This document shows, one piece after another, positions 1-10,737 of a stretch of DNA of 64,000 nucleotides (position 1 is the first letter of the stretch; each line of letters starts with the position of its first letter). Position numbers and translations under genes: made by a program. The notes beneath the pieces are model-generated. The model did no database searches, was not told where the DNA came from, and was given only the letters and a program-made list of their open reading frames with translations. The DNA lies in the NCBI GenBank assembly GCA_002811645.1, contig PDIP01000142.1:51616-115615 (forward strand), read 5' to 3'. This DNA comes from Corallochytrium limacisporum Hawaii. Taxonomy: Eukaryota; Protista; Pluriformea.

Positions 1-474
1 GGGACATGGTCCACACGATGACGAGTGCAACAATTGTGGCTGGTGAACGGGCTTGAGACACAAGAAAAACGCACGAAAGTAGATAGAGAACCACGGTAGA
101 TCATCAGAGGAAAATCAACAAGAGGCCGTTCTGAGATCGATCTGAATAAATTCTTGGCGGTGATCGACGATGCGAGTGTAAGACTCGTACCATACAGTGC
201 GCCCCCGAATTGAATGCCCGGTGTACAAAATAGTATGGAAGAAAAAAGTATGAGATGTGTATTGATATATACCCGAATGCAAATTGGGATTCCTATGCTT
301 CTGTGTGAGAACACTTATGCTTGTGTAAATGCTAATTCAGTCTCTGCTTTGCGGAAACATTTTATGATGGAAACACAGTATACCTTTCTGAACTTCCCAG
401 AGCATGCATGAATCATACGCTGTCAGTGTATCAAAATGGCATTGTATTGTCCCGTAGAACGATTGATAAATACT

Positions 475-645
475 TTACCGGTACTTGTTGAAACCGATGT
501 CATTGGAGTACTGGCGGAAGCACTGACGACACAGGTTCAGGCCGTACTTACGGATCAAACCGTGACGGTTGGAGCACACGCGGCACTGGCGAGAACCAGG
601 TCCGAAGTTGCGGGGGTGGCTGTACCAGAGATCGTGGAAACCCAT
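475..645 (-). CDS. RPS29: 40S ribosomal protein S29 (uS14)
   Basis: Manual translation [56 protein letters not shown] (56 aa, CxxC...CxxC). Too short for the ORF track. Confidence 0.98.
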   Translation of the reverse strand: MGFHDLWYSHPRNFGPGSRQCRVCSNRHGLIRKYGLNLCRQCFRQYSNDIGFNKYR

Positions 646-1259
646 GTTGAATTTGTATATTGTCTACCGAGCGATTATATACTAAAACTAAATGATTGTC
701 ACAATTCAGGATGCTATAAGTACAGTTTCATTTATACCCTTCTTAACGGCATCTGGTCGGGCAGTAGTTTAAGGCTGAATAGGACTTCCTAGAAGCAGGA
801 ACTTTGGTACTGTCAGACGTTTCTACAACCACTGAGTATGGGCAAGGCCCCAGAACCTACTTACCCTGGGTGCCGACATACTTTCAGAACCTACTTTCCT
901 GCTCCCGTTTCTTAGCCCGGCCTCGGTGTTGAGTGATGCACAGTAACTCAGCACATTCAGTACCGAGGTGAAGAGGGAGGGATGAAAATAGTTTAAGTAC
1001 TGAGGACGCAAAGTACCGAATTCCAGAATTTCGAAAAAACAACAGTCTTTCCTCATTTTCGTCAAGAAAAAGTTTTGTGTGTGAATTATTTGTGTGTGTT
1101 TTTTCCCGTGCGCAGGGGAGGGAGGGGGGAACCCCCTCCCGGGAAACCCCCTCCCGCTCTGCATTGTAAGCTAGATCTCAACTAAAGAGTACCGTCCTTG
1201 CAGTGCAACGAGAAAGGTTAATAGCTAAAGTTGCACAGTAGTTCAAAGTGGTAGTGCGT

Positions 1260-4200
1260 TTACATGAGCGCATCGTTGCACACTATGTTGTAGCTAGCAC
1301 AGATACGCCTAATGATGTCCATGACAATATCGCGTTCAAAGCTCAGCTGGTTCACCACTACGGCGATTGCAAGGTTCAGCTCAGGCAGCACAGGCCGATG
1401 GATCCAGCCATACCAGTGTGACCAAAGCCCATGTACTCCTTGCCATCATTTTGGAACTTGTAGAGACGCACGCCACGACCCCACTGTAACATCGCATTCT
1501 TGTCGTTGCCTTTGGCTGGCTCCATCATGTCGCGGGCAAGGGGGCGATTGTCTTCGCTACAAAGCCAGTTGTAGAATGTCGCGAGACCGCGGGCGCTGAA
1601 GTGGCCATTGGCAGCCGGGATGCAAGACTGGCGCATGGTGCGAGAGTTGAAGATGCAGGGGTCAACCATCTGCGCAGTAGCGTCTTCCATGGGTGGAGGT
1701 GCGGAATCAGCTCCCATCAGCTCCTTCATTTCATTGCGAATGTCTTCAATCATCTGCTGCAGTTCCTCAGGGCTTGGTGCCTGGCCAGATGATCCAAAAC
1801 CGTTGCACAGCGTGGCGATGCGCCCCTGCAACAAGTACTCGTTGTAGTCAACCCTGTCCTTGGGTAGGCCAAGGTACAGTTCATCAGAGATGCCCAAAGG
1901 TACTGCAAATCGCTCGTAAACTATATCCCGGATGTGCTTCTTGGGCCCTATGCGCTCAACAATTCCACCAACTAGCCATCCAAATGAGAGGTAATGGTAG
2001 TAACTCTTGCCGATGACAGCAGGTTGGGCCTCCGCGATCAGGCTGACCATGTGTTCCCAGTCAGAAATCTTCTCGAGACTGATGCTCATGCTCGCAGCAT
2101 TGTTCAATCCAGCTTGATGACAGAGGGCTTGCTCAATAGTGATGTCTTCCTTGCCCTTTTGTGCAAATTCAGGCCAGTATTTGGATATCTTGTCATCATA
2201 TCGTGCATGCCCATCTTGAATTAAGACATGCAGAGCAGCAGCTGCAACCGCCTTGGTGACGCTGAAGACATTGAAGAGAGTATCTTCCTGAACCGGGCGA
2301 GGATCAACATTGCCAAGGGTACCACTAGAAAGGCTAACGATTGGTTCTCCGTCCTTGAAAGCATACACTTGAAACCCAGTCAGCATGTTCTTAAAGTACT
2401 CCCGACGCATCAGGGAGGCCAAGGTCGATCCAAGAGCCCCGTTGACAGAGTGGTTTGTGACCACCTGCTTAGCATGAAACTCCTCCTTCCACTTGCGGAC
2501 CATAGCAAGCTTTGCATAGGGACTCATCACTCGCAGGTACGGCAGGCGAATATGTAGCCCGCTGCACAAGCCGCGCAAGAGCATGATGACTCGAAAAAAG
2601 AAAACTAGCTCTCCTGGCCAGGCGTCGATGGGATTGCGCTTTCGAAGGGGCTGCTGTTTTTGCCGCTCCTGCTTCAACTTTTTGAACGCAGCCATCTCCT
2701 TCTTCACAATCGCAGGAGGCTGCGTGTCCCTGGTAATATACCGAATCTGTTCCATATCGTAGGTTGGATCCTCCCGATTGAGGCGCAGGCCCATTTCTTC
2801 AAATGATGCCATGAGACCGCCGTAATCCATGTCCGATGCACTTTGAATCATTCTTGCGAAAGCCAGCCGCTTATCGGAGCTCAGCTCCTTGCACAATCCG
2901 AAATCAAGTAGAACTGGTGTAGCATGCCCATTTTCGACGTGCACTAAGATATTGCCAGGATGGGGATCGGCATTGAATACCCCATCGACGAAGAGCTGGT
3001 TGGCATATGCTTGACATACGCGCTGAACCAGAGATATGCGATCAACACCATGCTCTTTCAGAGAGTCTTCATCCGTGATTTTGAACCCTTCGACGAAATC
3101 CATGACCAGAATCTTGTCCGTAGTGTACTTTTCGAAAATCTCTGGAATGATGACATTGAGGCCAGCCTTCTCCATATTGTTCTTGACCAGGATTTGCCGA
3201 CGAGACTCATTGCGAAAATCCAGTTCACGCATAGCCTCTGTGGACCATTCATTCACTATAGGTCTGAAATCGAACTCCGGCTCCAGGTAGGCCACAATAC
3301 CCATGATGGTGGCCATATTGTTCAGGTCCTGCTTAATGATTTCCTGGATGTTCTTGTGTTGCACCTTGATGACAACGTGGCGTTCACCGTGTAAGGTCGC
3401 ACGGTGCACCTGAGCAATGGACGCTGCAGCCAGTGGTTTCTCTGATACTTCTTCAAAGACATCACCAACATCGGTCTGCAATTCCTGCTCTAGGGTCGTC
3501 CTGATCTCCTCAAAGGGATCGAAAGGTACTGCATCCTGCAAACCACGGAGGGCCTTGATCCATGTATCAGGGACCACATCGGCTCTTGAACTCATAAATT
3601 GCCCAGCCTTCACCCAGAGGCCACGAAGCTTCACCATGTCATTGTAAACGATGACGCTGTACTTCCTATGGGCGGTCTCGTACCATTCATCTTCCTGTGC
3701 TTGCAATGGTTTCATATATTGACAGCGCTTTCGCAAGAACCAGTAAGCACCAATGACGCGAAAAGCAAGCAGCATCACCCGAAACTGGCGTGCAAAGAGA
3801 GTGTTTGCTAACATAGTCCGCAAAGCAAGTACAGTAATCAGCATGGAGCCTACGATTCCACTCGTCACTAGGGTGAGTAAAGACAAGGACTGCAGATAAC
3901 TGACAGCCCCGTGAGCGTATTCCGAAATTGCTGATGTGGCTGCTTCAGCATATGTTTCCTGTGACTTCGTAGTTGTAAAACTGAGGAGGGACCATGCCCC
4001 TCGAGCAGGGGCCGGAGCGTCCAACGCGTTCTGAACGGGGCCCGTGACTAGCATTAAAGTAGCTGCACCTATAAGGATACCAAGGCCAAGTATACCGAGA
4101 GTTCTCGGTATCAAAAGGGGACTTCCTTGAATCCCATGGCCTGATCGTTGGAGATAAAAAATTTCATCCTCGAGTGACTTGATCTTTGACTTCAAAATCG

Positions 4201-5062
4201 ACAGAATTCTGCCATCAGCACTGTCTTCGGTAATCGTTTCAGACGCCACTGGGACGGAACCCAGTTGGCGAATTTGTGCCTCTAGTCGGTCTGAGACGAT
4301 GCCAACCTTAACAGGTTTTTCCTCTTGGTACGCCCTCAAACTGTCTGGTGACATAGCCTGATTATCTGCTTCGAAGGATGTATCTGCCATTTTGTCTTCA
4401 CAAGTGATTGTATCTTCGCTGTTACCATCACCGCATTCCACACATAACTTCGATGCCCCCTTCACGGCATGCACGACACATGCAGAACAGCACTGTTTTC
4501 TGCACTCTAAGCAGGAATGCCGCTTTGTGAGCAGTCCAAACTTCTTTCCGCATAGATCACAGTTGCTTACCTTCCCTGCAACACTAGTCGGAGTACTGCG
4601 CAAGCTTGGAGAGGAGCGAGAGCGACTCAAAATGTTCTTAAAATGCAGGTCCTCTTGGGTAAGATCGTGAGCTTCCCGAAGAAAAGGCATAAGGCGTATC
4701 ATGACACTCCTGTCACCTTCGATTTTGCTTTGCCCCGGAGCATTACGAAGCTGCCTCAACATCTGCAGACGACTCAAACGACTCCCGGCAAAGTTTGTAA
4801 TAAAAGTTGACCAGGACATCCGGAGAAGAAGATCCCGTTGAGGGCATGTTCCCTCTACAACATTAGAGTTTTCTCCATCTAGAATAACGTGCCATGCCGC
4901 TGTGTCGGTAAATTGGAATTCACAACTTCTCTTCTCCTTCCCTGGAGGGAGTTTCTTGATTACACTGGCGAGGGCCTCGAAGTAGTCCCTTGGCAGGATG
5001 GTCTGCTTTGGCACCATCGTGGAGTAAAGCGACCCAGAGAATCCCGTTCCTGTCGCCTTCAT
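1260..5062 (-). CDS. Multidomain ABC1/UbiB atypical kinase-beta-lactamase fusion with N-terminal SCP2-like and FYVE-like domains; apparent 1-nt frameshift near 1384
   Basis: Kinase motifs KAGQ, AAASIAQVH, VIKVQH, ELDF, NADPHPGN, LLDFG. Serine hydrolase motifs FSVTK (SxxK), YHY, GHTG. Cys8 finger CDLC..HSCLEC..CCSAC..CVEC. The ORF stops at 1376 but homologous-looking sequence continues in another frame to TAA at 1260. Start could be 5062 or 5017. Confidence 0.88.
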
Positions 5063-5680
5063 ACCTCCACCGATTTCGATGTCATTTCATTTCGCTTTAA
5101 AGTCAAATACCATTACTGGCCGCTATGTCACAGGGTGAAGGACAAATTTGGCCCACCGGCCAATTCCTCGATAACGAAGTCTCACTGTGCACACTTTCTA
5201 CCTCCCCGCCCGGATCAGTGCGCATTCGCAAATTGATACTATGGCTATGGTGATTGAAACACGGACGAAGAATGAATGGTACCTTCCCCGCTCACACCAA
5301 ATTGTGCTGATCCGTACACCCAGCGAATCGCACGCAAGAGAGGGGGCAATGGAATAAAGCCACACTGTCACCTGACCCCATCCGCAAAGGACGCGAAGCA
5401 ACTGATGTGCATAAAAAAGGAGGGGCCGGGATTACGGGTAGGGACGGGGCACCGGGCCCTCTCCACTGCCAGCAACCAACCAACCCCCCCTCCCGCGGGG
5501 ATGAGGTGTCGTTTTTGCCTCGCGAGAATCTCTCCTCGTCCGACTCAATAGGCCGACGGAAATGGAAGGCAGGAGAACAATAGTGGTTCGTGTGTTGGAT
5601 GGAATGGGACCGGAGTTGATCATCAAAAGTCAGTTTGCGTTTCCAACTAAAGGAGAAGGTCTATGTATTGTAACGAAACT

Positions 5681-6832
5681 CTACATGCGAGCATCATCTG
5701 CGAAGTTCATGACCGCACCACTGCTAGTGAGAGCAGCGATTTCTTCGTGGCTGAAGCCGTAGTCTTTCAGGACCTCGGTAGTGTCTTGGCCGACCTCTGC
5801 CTGAGGTCCAAAGTCCTTATCAAATTCCTTGCCCTCCATCAGACGGGGTGCACAGTTGGGTTCGACGCGACCATCAGCCTGCCTCTTGAGCAGTCGCCGG
5901 GCGCCAGAGTGCGGGTGGGTCTCGAGCTCATCGAAGTCAAGGATGGGGGCAACGCAGGCATCAGTGCCGTCAAAGATTTTGCACCACTCGGCCATAGTCT
6001 TGCTCTTAAATACTTTGCGGAAGACAACTTTGTTTTCCTCCCACTTGGATTGATCCATTTGAGGAGCCAAATCCTTTCCATCCTCCAAGCCCATTCCCTT
6101 GAGGAGCTCAGCGTAGAAGTGTCCTTCGATTGCACCAACACTCATGTAACGACCGTCCTTAGTTTCGTATGTCTCATAGAAGTGAGCGCCAGTGTCCAGC
6201 AAATTGGTGCCGCGGGGGCCAGCAGCTACGTAAGAGTTCTTGGCCTTGTGCAAGAAAGTTCCCAGGTACGTGCACCCATCACACATAGCAGCGTCAATGA
6301 CCTGTCCCTTTCCAGAGGCAAAACGCTCAATCACAGCCATCAAAATGCCCATGGCACACATAGCACCGCCGCCAGCAAAATCAGCCATCAGATTCCACGG
6401 GGGGTATGGGTTCTCGTCCTTTCGACCAAGTTGGGCGAGAACTCCGGAGACGGCGAGGTAGTTGATGTCATGACCTGCCATGTTAGCGTACGCACCAGTT
6501 TGACCGTAGCCAGTCATGCGGGCATAGATGAGGCGAGGGTTGCGCTTCATAAGTTCCTCAGGTCCCAGGCCAAGACGCTCCATAACACCAGGGCGAAAGC
6601 CTTCAATGATGACATCAGCCTGATCACACATCTTGCGGATAGCCTCAACACCACCACGAGATTTCAGGTTCACAGAAATCGACCGCTTGCCGCGGCACAG
6701 AGTGTCTTGATTGCCAGGGCTGGCACGGTCAACACGAACAACATCGGCACCGAAATCTGCCAATACCATACCGGCGAAGGGGGCAGGGGCAAGCCCTGCC
6801 ATTTCCACGACCTTGATTCCACGCAGTGCCAT
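5681..6832 (-). CDS. AMACR: Alpha-methylacyl-CoA racemase (CoA-transferase family III)
   Basis: MALRGIKVVEMAGLAPAPF, GHDINY, NLMADFAGG, C-terminal PTS1 -ARM. An alternative in-frame ATG lies at 6868. Confidence 0.95.
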   Translation of the reverse strand: MALRGIKVVEMAGLAPAPFAGMVLADFGADVVRVDRASPGNQDTLCRGKRSISVNLKSRGGVEAIRKMCDQADVIIEGFRPGVMERLGLGPEELMKRNPRLIYARMTGYGQTGAYANMAGHDINYLAVSGVLAQLGRKDENPYPPWNLMADFAGGGAMCAMGILMAVIERFASGKGQVIDAAMCDGCTYLGTFLHKAKNSYVAAGPRGTNLLDTGAHFYETYETKDGRYMSVGAIEGHFYAELLKGMGLEDGKDLAPQMDQSKWEENKVVFRKVFKSKTMAEWCKIFDGTDACVAPILDFDELETHPHSGARRLLKRQADGRVEPNCAPRLMEGKEFDKDFGPQAEVGQDTTEVLKDYGFSHEEIAALTSSGAVMNFADDARM

Positions 6833-7504
6833 TCTGCTGTTTCGCAAAACTGAAGAGAGCAGAACCATAAGGAGAGAAAGAGACGGTTCGCCTACACTAC
6901 AGTATTGGACCACAACTTACCTAAATACCTTGATTGTAGCCCTCAATTATACTGTGATACGTCTGTTTCAAGCACCCGGCGTCAAGTGCGTGTAAACACC
7001 ACTACCCCGGACAGATGTTCACCTACTGAGGGATTGCACATAAGACCCTTGCGCTAGCTGCGCTCCCTGGAAGCCACTTCGAATCGTGAGGGCCTAAATA
7101 TAGAATTCAGTCCAGTGTATATTGGTAAGCGCCATTTTGAAGATGGGGAGGGGAAAAAATTGCTTCGTGGAAGGTGGGTCGGTCCGACCGGACGGCCCGT
7201 TCTGTTCTATAATAAACTGATAGATAAAGCTACTGCGGTCAATTGTTATTTTTGTGTGCTCAGCAGTCCCAGCGTAGGGATTAATATTGATCTGTTGCGC
7301 GTAAGAGATCCCCGGCCCTTCGAGCGGGCGGTTGTGGGACGGGGGTGTTCCCTGAATGGCTTAAGGGTCGCGCACAATCAACAGGTACAATTCCAAGCAA
7401 CCACGCATGACGTAGCCGTGTACTGATACATTGGTCTTTCGCTCTATTGATGGCTTGCGCCAGTGATCTGTCGTAATTTTCATAGTCTGCAAGTTACGTC
7501 AACA

Positions 7505-8310
7505 TTACTTCCTTTGCTTCCGGATCTGGGCATCGGCCAGCCACTGCATGCCCTCCTGCAGTCCCGATCCATTGACGGCACAGCAGGCAACAACATTGTA
7601 GTCCCTGTCCTGAAGCAAAGAGAGTCCCAGTTGCTCCTCAGCTTGTGCTGGTCTCATGGCTGTTCGTAGTAGAAGATATGTAAATTTACCTCGCGGTTAG
7701 TATTCGATAGTCCCTTCTACCGATGTTCCATCAACATGCTCTGTTGTACTTACCATCTGGGCGGTCTTGCTTGTTCAAAAAGATGAGGATGGTCACATTT
7801 CTCATTTCCCGGTCTGCGACAATTCTATGCAGTTCCTGTTTGGATTCATTCATGCGCTCATGGTCAGTGCTGTCCACAACGTAAATGAGGCCCTGCGTTC
7901 CCGTGAAATAGTGGCGCCAAAGAGGTCTGATCTTATCCTGACCACCCACGTCCTGTAAATGAAATGTATAGTTTGCAAAGAAGAGGTTAGACATACTGTG
8001 CTCTGGCATTCACCAATTTAAGTGCTCGTGAACATACCTACCCAAACGTTGAACTCCATTCCCTTGTACTTGACAGTCTCCACATTGAAACCTACGGTGG
8101 GCACAGTATTTGTGGCCTTGTCCTTCAGTCTCAGTTTCATCAGAATTGCTGTAGTTAAGAAGAGGATATCCATGTTAGTAATATTTCCAAGCTACGTAGA
8201 CGTCAAGAACACGATTACAAATACATACTTGTCTTGCCGGCGCCGTCCAGACCGAGCATAAGGATGCGGCAGTCCTTCTTGCCGAAGAGTTTCTTTAAGA
8301 TGTTTCCCAT
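7505..8310 (-). CDS. ARF6: ARF6-like small GTPase, 4 exons (8310-8229, 8148-8042, 7952-7754, 7659-7505)
   Basis: Spliced translation [30 protein letters not shown]...[10 protein letters not shown]...[24 protein letters not shown]...NKQD...CA. Three GT-AG introns keep the frame. TGTQG and ELHRI..DREMR are ARF6-type. Confidence 0.92.
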
Positions 8311-8838
8311 GGTTCTTCGTGTGTTATAAGTCCAGTACGCTCGACTACATCGTCGTATTCGGACCTTGCCAGGCTAAATGAATCCAATTGGCTCCCGATG
8401 GGGTCCGTCATCTGTTGTAGCTGCTCACGCACAGGCTGACGCTCCCCAACAGCCGATAGTACGGAACCCTCCCGCCCTTTTTCCGTAGAGAACGTAGAAC
8501 AGAGAAGAAAATACAGGGGAGTGGGAGTACAGAGAGGGAAAGGGCCGCGTCACTCAGAGGCAACCAATATGGGGACGCGCTGGGGGACGTGAAAAATTTC
8601 AAAACAAGGAGGGACAGAGTCTCATAGCGACTGACGAGACAGGAACCGAGAGCTTGGAGCAGTGTGAGAAGGCTTTAAGGAGTGAGAGGGTGGGGTGGGT
8701 TTAGCCAATCCAGGTGTTGGGACCACCAGGTCGGACCGGCGCCCTACAGTGATCACACAGCGCAAGATCAATATTTGGACGTGTTACGAATTCGATACAT
8801 GTGTAAATTTGGAAACAAACTATGGCACTGCAAAGCCA

Positions 8839-9660
8839 CTAGGAATAGATTGGCCCTTGGCGTGCGCCTGGGTCAGATTTGCTCGTTAAGGTCTTGGTTC
8901 TCACCTCCACACCGCAGAAAGACGATAGAGCCGTCTGCACTCGCGACATGTCAGACTCAAATTCTGAACCGCTAACATTAGCATGGTCCACTCCGTAAGT
9001 GAAAGCAATACCGTCGACACCCTTTGAGAACGCTAGAGCCATCAGACTCGCCGCCAAGCCCTTGATCAAAGCACTTTGCGATGGCAGGCTACCTGCAGAC
9101 GTCCCAGCAGTTGTCACGGCGCTGATCCTGGATACGCCATCATAGGATGCTCGTTTGAAGAGTACGGTTACTACTTTTGATGGTGACACAGTATCGAAGA
9201 GGGCCTGTGCCACGAGTCCGTCTGCTTCCGTAGCATGTTCGGACGCTCCAAAGTTCGCCTGAACGAAAGACTTGCCATCGGAGACAATACAGTCAACAGG
9301 TACCACCTGCTTAGAAGAGTATGCAAGCGCCGAACGTTTGCCGGCCTCTACATTCTTTGTTGATGGATACACTACAGACCCCACCACCTTCGACTCTCCT
9401 AGAAAATCCGTCACGGCCGCGCATGCATCGGGACCAATGCAGAGAATCAGCGGTAAGTTCTTCGGGATGGGGTTATCCTTGGACTCAGCAATGCTCACAG
9501 ACTGTCGTAGCTCAGAGCGAAGTGCACTACGACGCAATCTTTCAGCCTTGGACAGCTTCACCCCTGTTCCCTGTGTCTGTTCGACATCTTCAACGGAAGA
9601 GTCTGTGTCATAGTCCAGACCCTGCTCGGAGTAGAGCCCTGGAGGGAAGTACTCAGCCAT
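8839..9660 (-). CDS. PSMG1: Proteasome assembly chaperone 1 (PAC1)-like
   Basis: Acidic N-terminus then LILCIGPDACA (cf. human FIIAIGNNAVAF), LIKGLAASL, C-terminal HbYX motif IYS (human IYT). Start taken at MAEYF. Confidence 0.72.
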   Translation of the reverse strand: MAEYFPPGLYSEQGLDYDTDSSVEDVEQTQGTGVKLSKAERLRRSALRSELRQSVSIAESKDNPIPKNLPLILCIGPDACAAVTDFLGESKVVGSVVYPSTKNVEAGKRSALAYSSKQVVPVDCIVSDGKSFVQANFGASEHATEADGLVAQALFDTVSPSKVVTVLFKRASYDGVSRISAVTTAGTSAGSLPSQSALIKGLAASLMALAFSKGVDGIAFTYGVDHANVSGSEFESDMSRVQTALSSFCGVEVRTKTLTSKSDPGARQGPIYS

Positions 9661-10062
9661 TTTGATTGTTTTCCTCCATATCCCACATCCCGTTCCGTTC
9701 TTCTGTTCTCTGCACGGCACTTTGTGATGTGACATACCTCGTCAATCACTTTGCATATCAGCCGTGACGTGGCTGGCTGTTTTTCCTAGCCAGGATTTCG
9801 TTCATTCTCAGTGCTAATGGGGAGGGCGACCCCCTCCGCCCCTCCCGGGGGGGGGAGGGGTGAGGACTGGTGGGGGAAGCACGGAGGGGCGGGGAAAGGG
9901 AGAGGCGCTCCAGGATGGCGGAGAGATCGGCGGGAGCTTGAATCTACAATGGCAAATGGTATAGGTACTTACGTAATTCCACGTCACGATCAGGGTGCAA
10001 GGTAGAAATTTCAGGGATTACCTAAAGTAGTATTCATGAAATGTAAAGAAGAACCATAGAAC

Positions 10063-10737
10063 ATGTCATTGCCCAACCATTTGATGCAGTATGCGTCAGA
10101 CTTTAACACATCGTCGATATCCATGGCCAGTACTGCAAGGCCAATGCACAGCAGCACAGCAGAAATTGCCACCGCATGGCGAGATCACAGACGAGAGAGA
10201 GCAAGAGATATTATTACACACTTGGGCAATGTGACTGGGATCGATGTACGGAATCTCGTAACGAATCACCAATTGGTAGGATGTATTGAAGGAGAGATTG
10301 AGCTACACAGTGCATATGTTATGAAATCGGCTTCATCAGTGGATCCACATCGTGTGATGGCAGACTACATGGTACAACAGGAGAAGCTCATTGAGGCAGA
10401 AGCTGCCAGTGCGAGCTTCAGGCAACTGAAAGCCGATCATGCGGAGGCTTTGAAACAGAGTGATGCGCAGATGAATGAATTGAAGAATGCACAGCATGAG
10501 TTGTCCATGATGGACCGGAGCCTCTCCCAATCTGCAGAAATGTTAAAGATGCTACGGGAAACACATGACATTCTTCGGGCCAACAATGAACGTCTGCAGG
10601 CAGAGATTGATCGCTTAAAGCAAGAGCATGAGCAAATTGTTCAGGCCCTCAACGACGACTTCAAGGCTCTTATTCGTGCTAAGCAATCTTGGAAACATGT
10701 CCAGCCTAGTCCTATGAATGCTGCACCCGCCCTGTAA
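10063..10737 (+). CDS. Uncharacterised coiled-coil protein (224 aa)
   Basis: Long ORF with heptad-rich C-terminal half; divergent from PSMG1; no family recognised. Confidence 0.7.
   Translation: MSLPNHLMQYASDFNTSSISMASTARPMHSSTAEIATAWRDHRRERARDIITHLGNVTGIDVRNLVTNHQLVGCIEGEIELHSAYVMKSASSVDPHRVMADYMVQQEKLIEAEAASASFRQLKADHAEALKQSDAQMNELKNAQHELSMMDRSLSQSAEMLKMLRETHDILRANNERLQAEIDRLKQEHEQIVQALNDDFKALIRAKQSWKHVQPSPMNAAPAL

Noticed and set aside
1-213. Possible 3' end of a gene at the window edge
   Set aside because: Stops in all three plus frames within the first 100 nt and no recognisable protein.
436-792. 118-aa plus-strand ORF
   Set aside because: Antisense shadow of RPS29.
1376-1378. TGA as selenocysteine or readthrough codon
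   Set aside because: The conserved continuation is in a different frame, so in-frame readthrough does not restore the domain.
5663-6853. 396-aa ORF antisense to AMACR
   Set aside because: Codon-register mirror ORF produced by codon bias; no motifs.
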